Origin: an uncultured delta proteobacterium
GTDB lineage: Bacteria; Myxococcota_A; Polyangia; Fen-1088
Reading direction: 5' to 3'
Assembly (NCBI GenBank): GCA_963767925.1
Contig: CAVYGB010000006.1
Location: 32,001-96,000 of the forward strand
DNA length: 64,000 nt
The notes under the pieces were generated by a model. The model had not been told where the DNA came from. It saw only the letters and a program-made list of their open reading frames with translations, and did no database searches. Of the stretch, positions 19,440-29,269 are shown piece by piece; position 1 is the stretch's first letter, and the number at the start of each line of letters is the position of its first letter. A program made the position numbers and the translations under genes.

Positions 19440-19702
19440 GGCCTTTTTACCGTACCAGAGCTGCATTCTCCTGAACACACGGGAGAGGGTCCCTCCGCAG
19501 GAAACGCGCGCGCCCGCGGCGCCACACATTCACCCCGCGCCGCCCGCGATGCAGGCGCCTGTGGGCAAGCGCGCCAGGCGGCGCGCGCGGGGGGTCCCGG
19601 CCGAATACGGGCCCGACCCGGGCGCCTGGGCCGCGCGAAAGTGCTCAACTATTTCGCCAGGTTGGCGCCCCCGGGAGGCGACCGAAAAAAAGCTGGCCGG
19701 CC

Positions 19703-19729
19703 TGTCGATCGGAGGCGGCCTCGTTCGAC
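19703..19729 (+). promoter_or_regulatory. ECF42-type promoter TGTCGA-N17-CGAC upstream of yciI-like gene
   Basis: Motif and spacing shared with 7143-7169. Confidence 0.65.
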
Positions 19730-19810
19730 GCTCAGGCGGAGGCGGCGTTCAGACCACCTCCCAACCCGGACCAGACAACCCAGCTCAGACCCCGAACCAA
19801 GGAGAAGACG

Positions 19811-20233
19811 ATGCGATTCATGGTGATTGTCAAAGCGAACGGTGAGACCGAGTCGAGTGCCCTCCCCAGCCCGAAGGACCTGGAGGACATGGGCAAATAC
19901 AACGAGGCGCTGGTGAAGGCCGGCGTGATGCTGGCAGGCGAAGGCCTGCACCCCAGCGCCAAGGGCGCCCGCGTCCGCTTCGACGGCAGCCGCCGCACGG
20001 TGATCGACGGGCCCTTCACCGAGAGCAAGGAGCTGGTCGCCGGTTACTGGCTGTGGCAGGTCAAGTCGCGCGACGAGGCCATCGAGTGGCTCAAGCGCGC
20101 CCCCTTCCAGGAGGGCGAGGTGGAGATCCGCCAGGTGTTCGAGACCGAGGAGTTCGCGGAGGTCGACCCCACCGGCGAGCTGCGCAAGAAGGAAGAGGAG
20201 CTCCGCAAAGTTGTCGAATCCCGCAAGGCCTGA
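19811..20233 (+). CDS. YciI/DGPF family protein
   Basis: GEGLHPS, DGPFTESKELVAGYW; AAGGAG RBS. Confidence 0.92.
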   Translation: MRFMVIVKANGETESSALPSPKDLEDMGKYNEALVKAGVMLAGEGLHPSAKGARVRFDGSRRTVIDGPFTESKELVAGYWLWQVKSRDEAIEWLKRAPFQEGEVEIRQVFETEEFAEVDPTGELRKKEEELRKVVESRKA

Positions 20234-20591
20234 TCCCCCACCCCCTCGCCCGGGCGGGAGCTCAGCGAGGAGGAGGTGCGCGCGGCCTGGTGGAAACGCA
20301 CTCTCGAGGCCCCCCAGGCTCCCCTCGAGGCCGCCGACCGTCACCGACAGCGGCTGGGTGATCGGCCTGGGTCGGGTGAGCCGCCGGCTGTTCCCCCGCG
20401 CCGCACCCCGCCCCTGCGCGCGGTGATCCGGGCCCAGGGGACGCAACGCCTGCTGATCCGGCGGATGCCAATGTCCGCCCTCTCGGTCGGCCAGGCCGTT
20501 GTTGAGCCGGCAAAGCGGCGGCCAGGCCACGGCCAGGCCTGGCCAGGCTGTTGTCAGGTCTGCCCGCCGACTCGGCGAAGACCGGCCGCGC

Positions 20592-21266
20592 TCACAGAGG
20601 GGTCTTGGGAGACTCGGTGGGGTCGATGAGGCCGCGGCGGCGCCAGCCGACGGTGGCTAGCCAGGTGCGGGGCACGCTGGTGACCGGGGGATCGGTCGTC
20701 GCCGCGAGGGGGACGCGAAAGCCGTCGAACCAGGGGGCCGAGGAGCAGGGGTCGATGTTCCCGCGATCGGCCAGGCCGTGTTTTTTGTGGTTCATCAAAA
20801 CGTAGACGAGCGCGTTGCGTACTTCCCGCGGCGTCCCCAGCTCGCGCGCGTGATACCGGTCGGCCCAGAGGCCTCCGCTGCGCTGGCAGACCCGGTTGAT
20901 GGCCAGCGCGCTCCGGATCACCAGCCCCCGCGCTCCGGAAGACAGCGCCGCCCTGTCCTCCGCCTCGACCAGCAGGTGCACGTGGTCGGCCTGCACCGAG
21001 AACTGCACCACCCGGAAGACCGCTGAGCTCGACGCGCGAAAGCAGTCCCGCAACGTCCTGAAGACCCGCTTGCTCCGCAGCGAGACCAGCCCCGCCCTGG
21101 CCCGCAAGGTCACGTGCAGCGGATGGGCGCCTTTGTGGGGCGCCCGCGCTCGATGGGGCGCCGGTCGCCTCCGTCCTGGAATCGGGGGCCGCCCGGCCCC
21201 CTTCCGTCGTCCGCCCCACCCGGCCGTCCAGGGCAAGGCGAGCTGGGCGCGACGTTGGTGGTCCAC
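20592..21266 (-). mobile_element. HUH/Y1 tyrosine transposase (REP-associated/RAYT-like), copy 1
   Basis: HPLHVTLR, FSVQADHVHLLVEA (HUH), LWADRYH, YVLMNHKKH. Start GTG 21266 is tentative. Confidence 0.75.
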
Positions 21267-21335
21267 ATGCCCACAGCCCCAACTGCTACTCAGCTTCGCG
21301 TTTTCAGAGGCAGAGGCAGAGGCAGAGGCAGAGGC
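21263..21335. repeat. Transposase-linked repeat with (CAGAGG)n tract; inverted copy at about 49349-49419
   Basis: CACATGCCCACAGCCCCAACTGCTACTCAGCTTCGCGTTTTCAGAGG(CAGAGG)n is almost identical to the reverse complement near 49.4 kb. Confidence 0.8.
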
Positions 21336-21497
21336 GAGCGGGGAGGGGTGGAGATTCGTGTCGGGGGCGGGGGCCCGAGGAGGCGGCCGCCGCTGACCAG
21401 TTCCCTCTCCCCGCGGCGGACGGCGGGGTGAGGGCAAGCGGGCGGGGGTGAGGCGGTGATTGGTGCGGGGGGAGCGCTGCCGGACGGGTGGCGCTGG

Positions 21498-22595
21498 TCA
21501 GGGGCGGGGGTGGAGGCGGGGGGAGCGGAGGGTGGTGTCGGTTTCTTCGACGAGGGTGCGGAGGAGGTCGGCGGCGGGGAGGGGGCGGGTCAGGGCGGCG
21601 GATTGGCCGGCCCACATGGCGAGGCGGTCGGTGCGGCCGGCGGTGGCGGCGGCCCGGCGCATGGGGAGCATGAGGGCGCCCTGGGCGGGATAGGGGAGGA
21701 TGTCTTCGGGGTGGGCGTCGAGGGTCGACATCAGGTCATTGACCAGGCCGCGGGCGTGGCGGCCGGAGAGGGCGCGGGTGATGCGCGTGCGGCGGGCGGC
21801 GGGGTGGCCGAGCAGGGCTTTGAAGGCGGGGGACGCGGCTGACTCGGGGGTGGCGAGGAAGGCGGTCCCGATCTGGACGCCCGCTGCGCCGAGGGCGAGG
21901 GCGGCGGCGATGCCGGCGCCGTCGGCGATGCCACCGGCGGCCACCACCGGGCAGTGCACGGCCCGGGCGACCTGCGGCACCAGCGACAGGGTCCCCACCA
22001 GGGCCTCGAGGGCCGGCGCCAGGAACGAGCCGCGGTGGCCGCCGGCCTCGCTGCCCGAGGCCACCACCACGTCGACCCCGGCCGCCTCCAGCGCGACCGC
22101 CTCCTCCACCGTTGTCGCGGTCCCGACCGTCCGGATGCCGCGCCGGCGGGCCTCGGTGAGGATCGCGGCGTCGGGGATGCCCATGATGAAGCTGAAGACG
22201 GGGGGGCGTGCTTCCAGCAGCGCGTCCACCTGCTCGGGGAAGGCCTGGGCCCCGGTGGCGGCGGGCAATTCGGGCGGGGGGAGCCCCAGCTCATCGAAGT
22301 AGGGACGGAGGCGGGCGGCGGCCCGGCGGACGAGATCCGCCGGCGGGGTCTCCCGCTCTCCGCCGAGCGGGACCCAGAGGTTCACGGCGAAGGGCCGGCG
22401 CGTGCGGGCGGCGATCTCTCGCGCGGTGGCCCGGATCTCGTCGGGCGTCATCCCGACCGCGCCGAAGCCGCCCAGGCCACCCGCGTCGGAGACGGCCGCG
22501 ACAAGCTCGGGGGTGGAGAAGCCCCCGCCGAAGGGCCCCTGCAAGATCGGGTATTCGATGCCGAGGGCCGCGGTCAGGCCGGTGCGGGTCCACAT
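21498..22595 (-). CDS. Nitronate monooxygenase family flavoprotein
   Basis: YPILQGP, ELVAAVSDAGGLG, GSEAGGHRGSF, AAGGIADG, GVQIGTAFL, MWAGQ. Confidence 0.9.
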   Translation of the reverse strand: MWTRTGLTAALGIEYPILQGPFGGGFSTPELVAAVSDAGGLGGFGAVGMTPDEIRATAREIAARTRRPFAVNLWVPLGGERETPPADLVRRAAARLRPYFDELGLPPPELPAATGAQAFPEQVDALLEARPPVFSFIMGIPDAAILTEARRRGIRTVGTATTVEEAVALEAAGVDVVVASGSEAGGHRGSFLAPALEALVGTLSLVPQVARAVHCPVVAAGGIADGAGIAAALALGAAGVQIGTAFLATPESAASPAFKALLGHPAARRTRITRALSGRHARGLVNDLMSTLDAHPEDILPYPAQGALMLPMRRAAATAGRTDRLAMWAGQSAALTRPLPAADLLRTLVEETDTTLRSPRLHPRP

Positions 22596-22630
22596 TCGCC
22601 CGGATTACGCCATCGCGAGGAAAAGCTCAA

Positions 22631-23609
22631 TCAGTACAGGCGGGCGCGGCGCAGGAGATACACGATGGCGACGGTGCTGGCGGCGGCCAGGGTCCAGAAG
22701 AAGGCGTAGCCGTAGCGCCACTGCGTCGGGCAAGAAGCGGAAGTTCATGCCATAGATCCCGACCAGGAAGGTCAGGGGCAGGAACACGAAGCTCACCGCC
22801 GTCAGCCGGCGCATGGCCTGGCCGGTCCGGTGGCTGGTCATCGACATGTGCAGGTTCAACGACTCCGACAGGATGTCCCGGTCGACGAGCATGTCCTGGA
22901 TCAGGTGGTCGACCGTCCCGACCATGTTGAGCAGGAAGCGCTGGGTGGCCTCCGAGAGGAACAGCGACCGCCGGGTGGCCATGTCGGCGAGCGCCGCCCG
23001 GGCGGGCAGCAGCAGCTTGCGGAAGTGCAGCAGGTCGGCGCCGAGGGCGGACAGGCGGCGGAAGATCGCCTCGTCGACCTCCGCCGCGTGCAGCTCCCGC
23101 TGCACCCGCTCGACCCGCTCGCCCATGGCGCTCTGGGCGGCCAGGTACCCCTCGAGCAGGTGATCCCACAGCTCGTAGATCAGGAAGCTGGGGCTGCGGG
23201 CGAAGCGCAGGAAGTCGCCGCGGTAGTCCCGGCGCACCGCCTCGATCAGCTCGGACCGCCCTCGGTGGAAGGTGAGCAGGAACTTCTCGCCGAGGGTGGC
23301 GCTCACCCGCTCGAGGGCGAGGGGGTTGTCGCCGCCGGCCCGGCAGCCCGAGACGATGAGGTGCAGGTGGTCGTCGTGACGCGCGTAGTGGACAGCCGGC
23401 TCCTCGCGCAGGGCGCTCTCGACGACCTCGTCGCCCACCAGGCCCAGCGCGCGCAGCAGGGTCCGGGCCTCCTGCTCGGCGGCGGCCTCGACGTCGATCC
23501 AGACGAAGCGGCCGCTCGCGAGAGCGGCGCCCACCGCGCCGACCGGGATGACCCGCTCCTGCTTGGCCTCGAAGTCCAGCTCGACAACGACGACGGCGCT
23601 TCCGTCCAC
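22631..23609 (-). CDS. corA: CorA family Mg2+ transporter, with apparent frameshift near 22725
   Basis: FLPLTFLVGIYGMNF signature. The expected last helix QWRYGYAFFWTLAAASTVAIVYLLRRARLY* follows in a shifted frame. Confidence 0.8.
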
Positions 23610-23643
23610 CCCGCCATCATCGCAGCTTCGTGTTTCCGGCGCG

Positions 23644-25194
23644 CTACCAGGCGCCGCGGTTGATGAGGACGACCAGCTCGGTGCGGTGGGCCTTGGTGGC
23701 GGGGTAGTGGAGGACGATGTCGCTCTTGCCCTGGCGGTCCAGGTCCACCGCCTCGAGGGTGCCGAAGCCGGGGGCCTCGATCTGCTCGAGGGCCTCGTCG
23801 CCGAACAGGCCGGCCGCGCTGGTGCCGGGGAAGATCGAGATCTCGTCGTCGTCGGTGGCGAAGGCCAGGTCGGGGCGCCGGTCGCCGTTGTAGTCGCCGC
23901 GCAGGTCGGCGGCCTGGACGCCGGTCTCACCCGAGAGCGACAGCCGGAACTTGAGCTGGCGCTCGGCGGCCGGCTGCTGGGCGAAGCGGCGGGCCCGGAC
24001 GTCGAAGGGGAAGACCTGGAAGTTGACCTTGACCGACTTGGTGGTCAGCACCCGGATGATGGCCATGACCCCGATGTTCACCGAGGGGACCACCAGGTCG
24101 GTGCGGCCGTCGCCGGTGACGTCGAACAGCTCCACCTCGGTGCCGCTGACCCCCTCGTTGCGGATCACCTGATCCGGGCGGGCGGCGTACACCCCACCCC
24201 GGCGGCCGAAGTAGACGAAGCTGGTGGTGGCGGCCGAGGTGATGCCACGGGCGACCTGCTTGCGCACCACCACGTCGGCCAGGCCGTCGAGATCGACGTC
24301 GGTCACGGTGGTGGCGGCGGCGCTGCTCATGCCGGTCAGCTCGGCCGCCGTGCGCACGGCGAAGTCGCGCTGCAGGCTGGGCTGGGGGGCGAAGGCGTAG
24401 GGCGCCGTCTGGCGGTAGACGGCCAGGCGGTCCTCGAGGGCGGCGACGATGTCCTTGCGGCCGTCGCCGTCGGTGTCGGCCACGGTGAGCATCGGGAAGG
24501 CGTAGGTGATGTGCACCGTCCCCAGCGCGCCGCTGGCCCGGGGGCGCCCGCGCCCGTAGTTGCGGCCGCGCGCGTCCATCGCCACCTGCAGGCGGGCGGC
24601 CCGGACGTGGGCCTCCCCCTCGCGCCGGTACAGCTCCAGCCCGCCCAGCACGGGGACCAGCAGGTCCCGGACCGGGCCCGGACCGACCTGCTGGGCCAGC
24701 GGGAGCCGCGGCAGGTCGCCCGGCACCGGCTGGTAGTAGATGGTCGCGGTCTTGACGAGGTCGACCGCGGCGCCGACCTGGCGGCCGCGCAGGCTGCGGG
24801 CCTGGACCCCCGCCGGCGTCACGATCAGCACCTCGGCGCCCGGCACGCCGTCGATGTCGGCGATGTCGAAGGCGCAGCTCGCCCCGTCGTCGAGAGGAAT
24901 GACCGCGTCGGGGCTGGCCGAGAAGGCGCGCCCCTGGTTCCAGAACACGGCCAGCCGGCGCCGCTGGCTGGGCGGCAGTCCCGTGCGGTAGGGGGCGAGC
25001 AGGTCGAGCCGCCCGTCGCCGTCGAGGTCGGCCGGCACCACCGCCAGGGCGTCCCCGTCGAGCGACAGGCGCCGGGCCTCGAAGCGCGCGTCGGCGAGGG
25101 CGCCGGCGGGCGCCAGCGCGACGAAGGCCAGGGACAGGGTCGAGGCCAGGGCGACGGCACCCGGGCCAGCAGAAGAGCGGCGCCCGGCGCTCAC
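23644..25194 (-). CDS. Secreted FG-GAP/VCBS repeat protein
   Basis: Repeated DLDGDGRLDL, DTDGDGRKDI, DVTGDGRTDL, DYNGDRRPDL; GTGA coupling to the permease. Confidence 0.85.
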   Translation of the reverse strand: MSAGRRSSAGPGAVALASTLSLAFVALAPAGALADARFEARRLSLDGDALAVVPADLDGDGRLDLLAPYRTGLPPSQRRRLAVFWNQGRAFSASPDAVIPLDDGASCAFDIADIDGVPGAEVLIVTPAGVQARSLRGRQVGAAVDLVKTATIYYQPVPGDLPRLPLAQQVGPGPVRDLLVPVLGGLELYRREGEAHVRAARLQVAMDARGRNYGRGRPRASGALGTVHITYAFPMLTVADTDGDGRKDIVAALEDRLAVYRQTAPYAFAPQPSLQRDFAVRTAAELTGMSSAAATTVTDVDLDGLADVVVRKQVARGITSAATTSFVYFGRRGGVYAARPDQVIRNEGVSGTEVELFDVTGDGRTDLVVPSVNIGVMAIIRVLTTKSVKVNFQVFPFDVRARRFAQQPAAERQLKFRLSLSGETGVQAADLRGDYNGDRRPDLAFATDDDEISIFPGTSAAGLFGDEALEQIEAPGFGTLEAVDLDRQGKSDIVLHYPATKAHRTELVVLINRGAW

Positions 25195-25991
25195 GTGACC
25201 ACGTCCGCCCGGCGCAGCGCCAGCGCGCCACCCCCCAGCCCGAGCAGCAGCCAGAGCAGGCAGACCGCGCTGGCCTGCCCGGCCCCCTCCCCCGCCCGGT
25301 GGGCGGCGATGCCCTGGGCCAGCTCGGCCACCCGGTCGAGCGGCGCGGTCACCGTGGACAGCGGCAGCAGGCGCTCGGCCGCGGGCCAGCGGGTCAGCGC
25401 GAGCAACGCCGCCGCCAGCAAGGTGGCGCCGACAACCGCCCCCGCCGGCCGCCCGGTCGCGATGCCCACCGCCCCGCCGAGGACCACCGCCGCCACCTGC
25501 GCCAGCAGGGAGAGCGCGATGGCGACGAGGAGCTGGCCGAAGAGAAAGCCGGCGCCGGCCAGGACGTGGTCCCCGTCGGTTGTCGGCCCCGCCCCGAAGC
25601 GGGCGAACCCGACCGCCAGGGCCCCCGCGCAGGCGGCGAGGAAGACCAGGCACTGGCCCCCGGCCAGCGCCGCGAGGCGGCCGGTCAGCCACGCGCCGCG
25701 GTCGACCGGGCGGCACAGGACGGTCCGCAGCAGGCCGCTCGTCTGATCACCCGCCACCGCGCCGGCCGCGTGCAAGGCCCCCACCGCCGCGGAGGTGAGC
25801 GCCGCGCCCGAGCAGGCCGCCGCGGCCAGGTAATAGCCGGAGGTCGCCCCGAGCAGGCCGCTCGACACCGCCGCACCCAGCCCCAGGGCGTAGCCGGCCG
25901 CCAGCAGGGCCGCCAGGGGCAGCAGCAGCGGGGCCCGCCCACCGGTCAGGCGCAGCCACTCGGCCGCCAGCGCGCGCGCAAGACCGGTCAC
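25191..25991 (-). CDS. ABC-2 type transporter permease
   Basis: AEWLRL N-terminus, GLLRTVLCRPVDR motif, about 6 TMs, RRADV C-terminus. Confidence 0.8.
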   Translation of the reverse strand: MTGLARALAAEWLRLTGGRAPLLLPLAALLAAGYALGLGAAVSSGLLGATSGYYLAAAACSGAALTSAAVGALHAAGAVAGDQTSGLLRTVLCRPVDRGAWLTGRLAALAGGQCLVFLAACAGALAVGFARFGAGPTTDGDHVLAGAGFLFGQLLVAIALSLLAQVAAVVLGGAVGIATGRPAGAVVGATLLAAALLALTRWPAAERLLPLSTVTAPLDRVAELAQGIAAHRAGEGAGQASAVCLLWLLLGLGGGALALRRADVVT

Positions 25992-26743
25992 GTCGCCACC
26001 AGCGGCTGCCCCTCGCCGGCCGGGCCGGGGCCGAGGGCGTCCTCCGCCGTGAGGAGGTGAAACTGCCGGGCCAGCGCCCCCGGCGCGGCAGGATCCACCG
26101 CCAGAGTGGCCGCCACCCGACCGCGGGCCAGGATCGCCACCCGGTCGCTGGTGCGCTCCACCTCGTCGAGCAGGTGGCTCGAGACCAGCACGCCGGCCCC
26201 GCCGGCCGCCAGCCGCCGCACCAGGCTGCCCAGCTCGCGGATGCCCGCCGGATCCAGACCGTTCAGCGGCTCGTCGAGCACCAGCAGGCGGGGCCGCCCG
26301 AGCAGCGCGCCGGCGATGCCCAGGCGCTGCTTCATCCCGTGCGACAGGTGCCGCACCCGCCGGTCCGCCACCGCCGTCAGGCCCACCTCGCCCAGCACCT
26401 CGTCGACGCGGCTGGTCGGGACGCCGGGGTGGTACAGCCGCAGGTAACGCAGCGCCTGCCGGCAGGTCAGATCGGGCGGAAGCGCCGGGCCCTCCACCAG
26501 GAACCCGGCCGCCGAGAGGGCGGCCAGCCGATCCGAGGCCAGGTCGTGGCCGGCGATGCGGATCTGCCCCCGGTCGGGGCGCACCAGCCCGGCGATGGCC
26601 CGCAAGGTGGTGCTCTTGCCCGCGCCGTTGGGCCCCAGCAGCCCCACCACCTCCCCCGCCGCCACCTGCAGCGTCACCTCCGCGACCGCGACGGCGCCAC
26701 GGAAGCGCTTGGCGATGCCGGCCACCTCCAGAAGGCTGGACAC
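25988..26743 (-). CDS. ABC transporter ATP-binding protein
   Basis: GPNGAGKST, LSHGMKQRL, LDEPLNGLDP, SSH. Confidence 0.93.
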   Translation of the reverse strand: MSSLLEVAGIAKRFRGAVAVAEVTLQVAAGEVVGLLGPNGAGKSTTLRAIAGLVRPDRGQIRIAGHDLASDRLAALSAAGFLVEGPALPPDLTCRQALRYLRLYHPGVPTSRVDEVLGEVGLTAVADRRVRHLSHGMKQRLGIAGALLGRPRLLVLDEPLNGLDPAGIRELGSLVRRLAAGGAGVLVSSHLLDEVERTSDRVAILARGRVAATLAVDPAAPGALARQFHLLTAEDALGPGPAGEGQPLVAT

Positions 26744-26777
26744 GGCCGCAGTATATGCGAGCCCGGCCCCCGCGGGC

Positions 26778-28604
26778 TCAGCGGTCGGCGCACCAGAGCG
26801 CGGCGGCGTCGAACAGGCGCCAGCCGTTTTCGGTGAGGGCGCGGATGACCCGGCCGTTGCCCATGAACGACAGCCCCACCCGCCGGGCCCCGGCCGTGCC
26901 GGCCGCGGTCGGGCTGCCCCGCTCGTAGGCGAACATCAGGGCGGCCAGCTCGCGGGCCCCCGGGTAGGTCGCGATCACGGTGGCGGTGGCGGGAGGCGCG
27001 GCCCAGCGCATGTTGAGGGCGCTGGCGAACACGCGAACGTTACCGCTGAGACCTCCGGCCAGCGGGTGGCTCGGATCCTGGATCAGGATCTCGGCCAGCG
27101 GCGGGGCCGGGCCCACGTCGCGGCGCCAGCGGGTCCCGGTGAGGCCGAGCTGCTCGAACCCGGTCGACTCGAGCACCAGCATCGGGACCGCCAGCTCGGC
27201 GAACCAGACCCGGAGCTGCTTTGTCGCGACCGACGAGGACAGCACGATCAGGCTCACCGCCCGGGCCTGCTCGAGCGACAGGGTCCCGGCGTCGACGACG
27301 CTGACCTGGAAGCCGAGCCGCTCGAGGCGGACCTTGAGGCGCTCCTCGCTGCCGCGCAGCCCCTCGGGAGGCGGCGGCTCCTCCTTCGTGTCGTCGGGCC
27401 CGACCAGCAGCAGGGCCTCGCGCGCGGTCTGGGCCCGCGGCGGCTGCAGCTCCTCGGCGCTCACCAGGGCGAGCTGGCCCGCCTCCACGTCGGTGCCCCG
27501 CTGCACGCCGAGGGCCGAGACGCGCGCGCGGCCCTCGCGCACCTCCACCCGGGTCAGCGCGCTGGCGACGTCGATCCGCACCGTCCCCGTCCCGCTGACG
27601 ATGGCGTGGGGGGAGGCGAGCAGGAGGGTGGGACCGCGGGTCCCCGCCGGCACCACCGCGGTGGCGCGCCCGCTGGCCACGAACACCCGGGCCTCGGCCT
27701 GACCGGAGGCATCGGGGGACAGACCGACGACAGCGTCGCCGGCCAGCTCGATCCGGCTGCCACCCGGGCCGTGGACGCGCGCCCGGGCGGTGGAGCCCGA
27801 GGTCGACACCCAGTCGCCGGCCGCCAGCTCCAGCTCGGGCGCCGCCCGGCGGGTGCCGTCGGCGGCGTGCCGGTAGACCGGACCCTCGATCGCCTCGAGG
27901 CGGGCGAACCCCGGACGCGGACCGGCGCCCTCCCGTTGCCAGCGGGGGGCCGGGCTGGCGCTCGGTGGGGCCGGGCTCCGGGAGGCGGCGAAGCGGCCGC
28001 CGCTCTCCCCGGGGGAGGCACCCGGCGGGGGGGCGGTGCCCGGCTCGAGCCGGGGCAGCAGGATCAGCAGCGCCGCCGCCGCGCTGGCGACCAGCACCGA
28101 GGCGGCCAGCACCCGTGAGGTGCGGCGGGAGGCAGGAGGCGGCGCGGCCGGCCGGCCGGGACGCGCGCGCCCCGCCGGCGGAACCTCGCCGCCCGGTCGG
28201 CGCCCGGCCGGGACCGCCGGCTCGCTGCCGGTGCGCAGGCGCGCCCCCGGGGCCACCCGGGCCGGCTCGGCGCGCGCGGCCGCCTTGGCCTCGAGCTGCT
28301 TGCGGACGGCCGCCACGACCTCCTCGGTGCGGGTCGACGCCGCCACCAGGGCCTTCACGGCGTCGACGATGCCGTCGTCGCCCCGCTCGATCTCGGCGGC
28401 GGCGCGCAGCACCCCGTCGAGCTGCAGGTCGTGGACCAGCCGCCGGCGGAACACCTCGTCGCGCTCGAGCGCCGCCGCCAGCGTGGTCCGCTCGGCCGCG
28501 CCCAGGAGCTCGCCCGCGATGAACCGCGTCCAGAGCTCCTCGAGCATCGCCCTCTCTTCGTCGGTCACGGTGTCACCCCCCGGTCCCCCGCCCTCATGAC
28601 TCAC
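26778..28604 (-). CDS. FecR-like anti-sigma factor with a C-terminal extracellular alpha/beta domain
   Basis: Coupled to the ECF gene; one TM; FecR-like SPHAIVSGTG..TRVEVREGRARV..VEAGQ. Confidence 0.7.
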   Translation of the reverse strand: MSHEGGGPGGDTVTDEERAMLEELWTRFIAGELLGAAERTTLAAALERDEVFRRRLVHDLQLDGVLRAAAEIERGDDGIVDAVKALVAASTRTEEVVAAVRKQLEAKAAARAEPARVAPGARLRTGSEPAVPAGRRPGGEVPPAGRARPGRPAAPPPASRRTSRVLAASVLVASAAAALLILLPRLEPGTAPPPGASPGESGGRFAASRSPAPPSASPAPRWQREGAGPRPGFARLEAIEGPVYRHAADGTRRAAPELELAAGDWVSTSGSTARARVHGPGGSRIELAGDAVVGLSPDASGQAEARVFVASGRATAVVPAGTRGPTLLLASPHAIVSGTGTVRIDVASALTRVEVREGRARVSALGVQRGTDVEAGQLALVSAEELQPPRAQTAREALLLVGPDDTKEEPPPPEGLRGSEERLKVRLERLGFQVSVVDAGTLSLEQARAVSLIVLSSSVATKQLRVWFAELAVPMLVLESTGFEQLGLTGTRWRRDVGPAPPLAEILIQDPSHPLAGGLSGNVRVFASALNMRWAAPPATATVIATYPGARELAALMFAYERGSPTAAGTAGARRVGLSFMGNGRVIRALTENGWRLFDAAALWCADR

Positions 28605-29184
28605 CGGTGGCCGCCACCCGGCGGCGCACGCAGTCTCGCAAAGCCTCGCGCAGGCGCAAAAGCGTCATGCGCAGCGTACTATCGTTCTTGCGCTCCTCGG
28701 CAGCCAGCTCCGTGATGGGGCGGCCCTTGAAGTAGTGCTCGCGAATCAGGCGGGCCCCCAGCGGGGGCAACTTGCGGATGCACTGGCGGAGCGCCTCGAG
28801 CTCGAGGCCCCGGCGGGACTCCTCGTCGTCTCCCTCGAGGATGGAGAGCTGGGTGCGGTCGAGCAGGGCCTCCAGCGCGTCGGGCGCGGGCAGCCGCGGG
28901 CGCAGCCGCTCGCGCAGGTGCTCGAGGGCCCGGTTGCGGGCGATCCCCAGCAGCCAGGCCCGGAAGGCGGTCCCGTCGCGCAAGGTGCTCAGGCGGTCGA
29001 AGGCCCGCAGAAACACGTCCTGCACGAGATCGTCGATGACGTCGGGGTCGCGCAGGTGGGCGCTCAGGAACACCCGCACGCCCGGGTGGTGGGCCCGCAC
29101 CAGCTCGGAGAAGGCGTCCACGTCTCCGCGGCGCGCGCGTTCGAGCTGCGACTCCTCGGTGGGCTCGGAGCGGGGGCGGTCCAT
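28594..29184 (-). CDS. ECF RNA polymerase sigma-70 factor
   Basis: GDVDAFSELV, DDLVQDVFL, AWLLGIARN, region 4 LRMTLLRLREALRDC. Confidence 0.9.
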   Translation of the reverse strand: MDRPRSEPTEESQLERARRGDVDAFSELVRAHHPGVRVFLSAHLRDPDVIDDLVQDVFLRAFDRLSTLRDGTAFRAWLLGIARNRALEHLRERLRPRLPAPDALEALLDRTQLSILEGDDEESRRGLELEALRQCIRKLPPLGARLIREHYFKGRPITELAAEERKNDSTLRMTLLRLREALRDCVRRRVAATGES

Positions 29185-29269
29185 GGCGTTCCTTGGATCC
29201 TGACAACTTCCGGGCCGCGCGCCTTGACGCGCGGCCCGAGGAGCCGCCCCCGATCCCGTCTCTGGTGGT

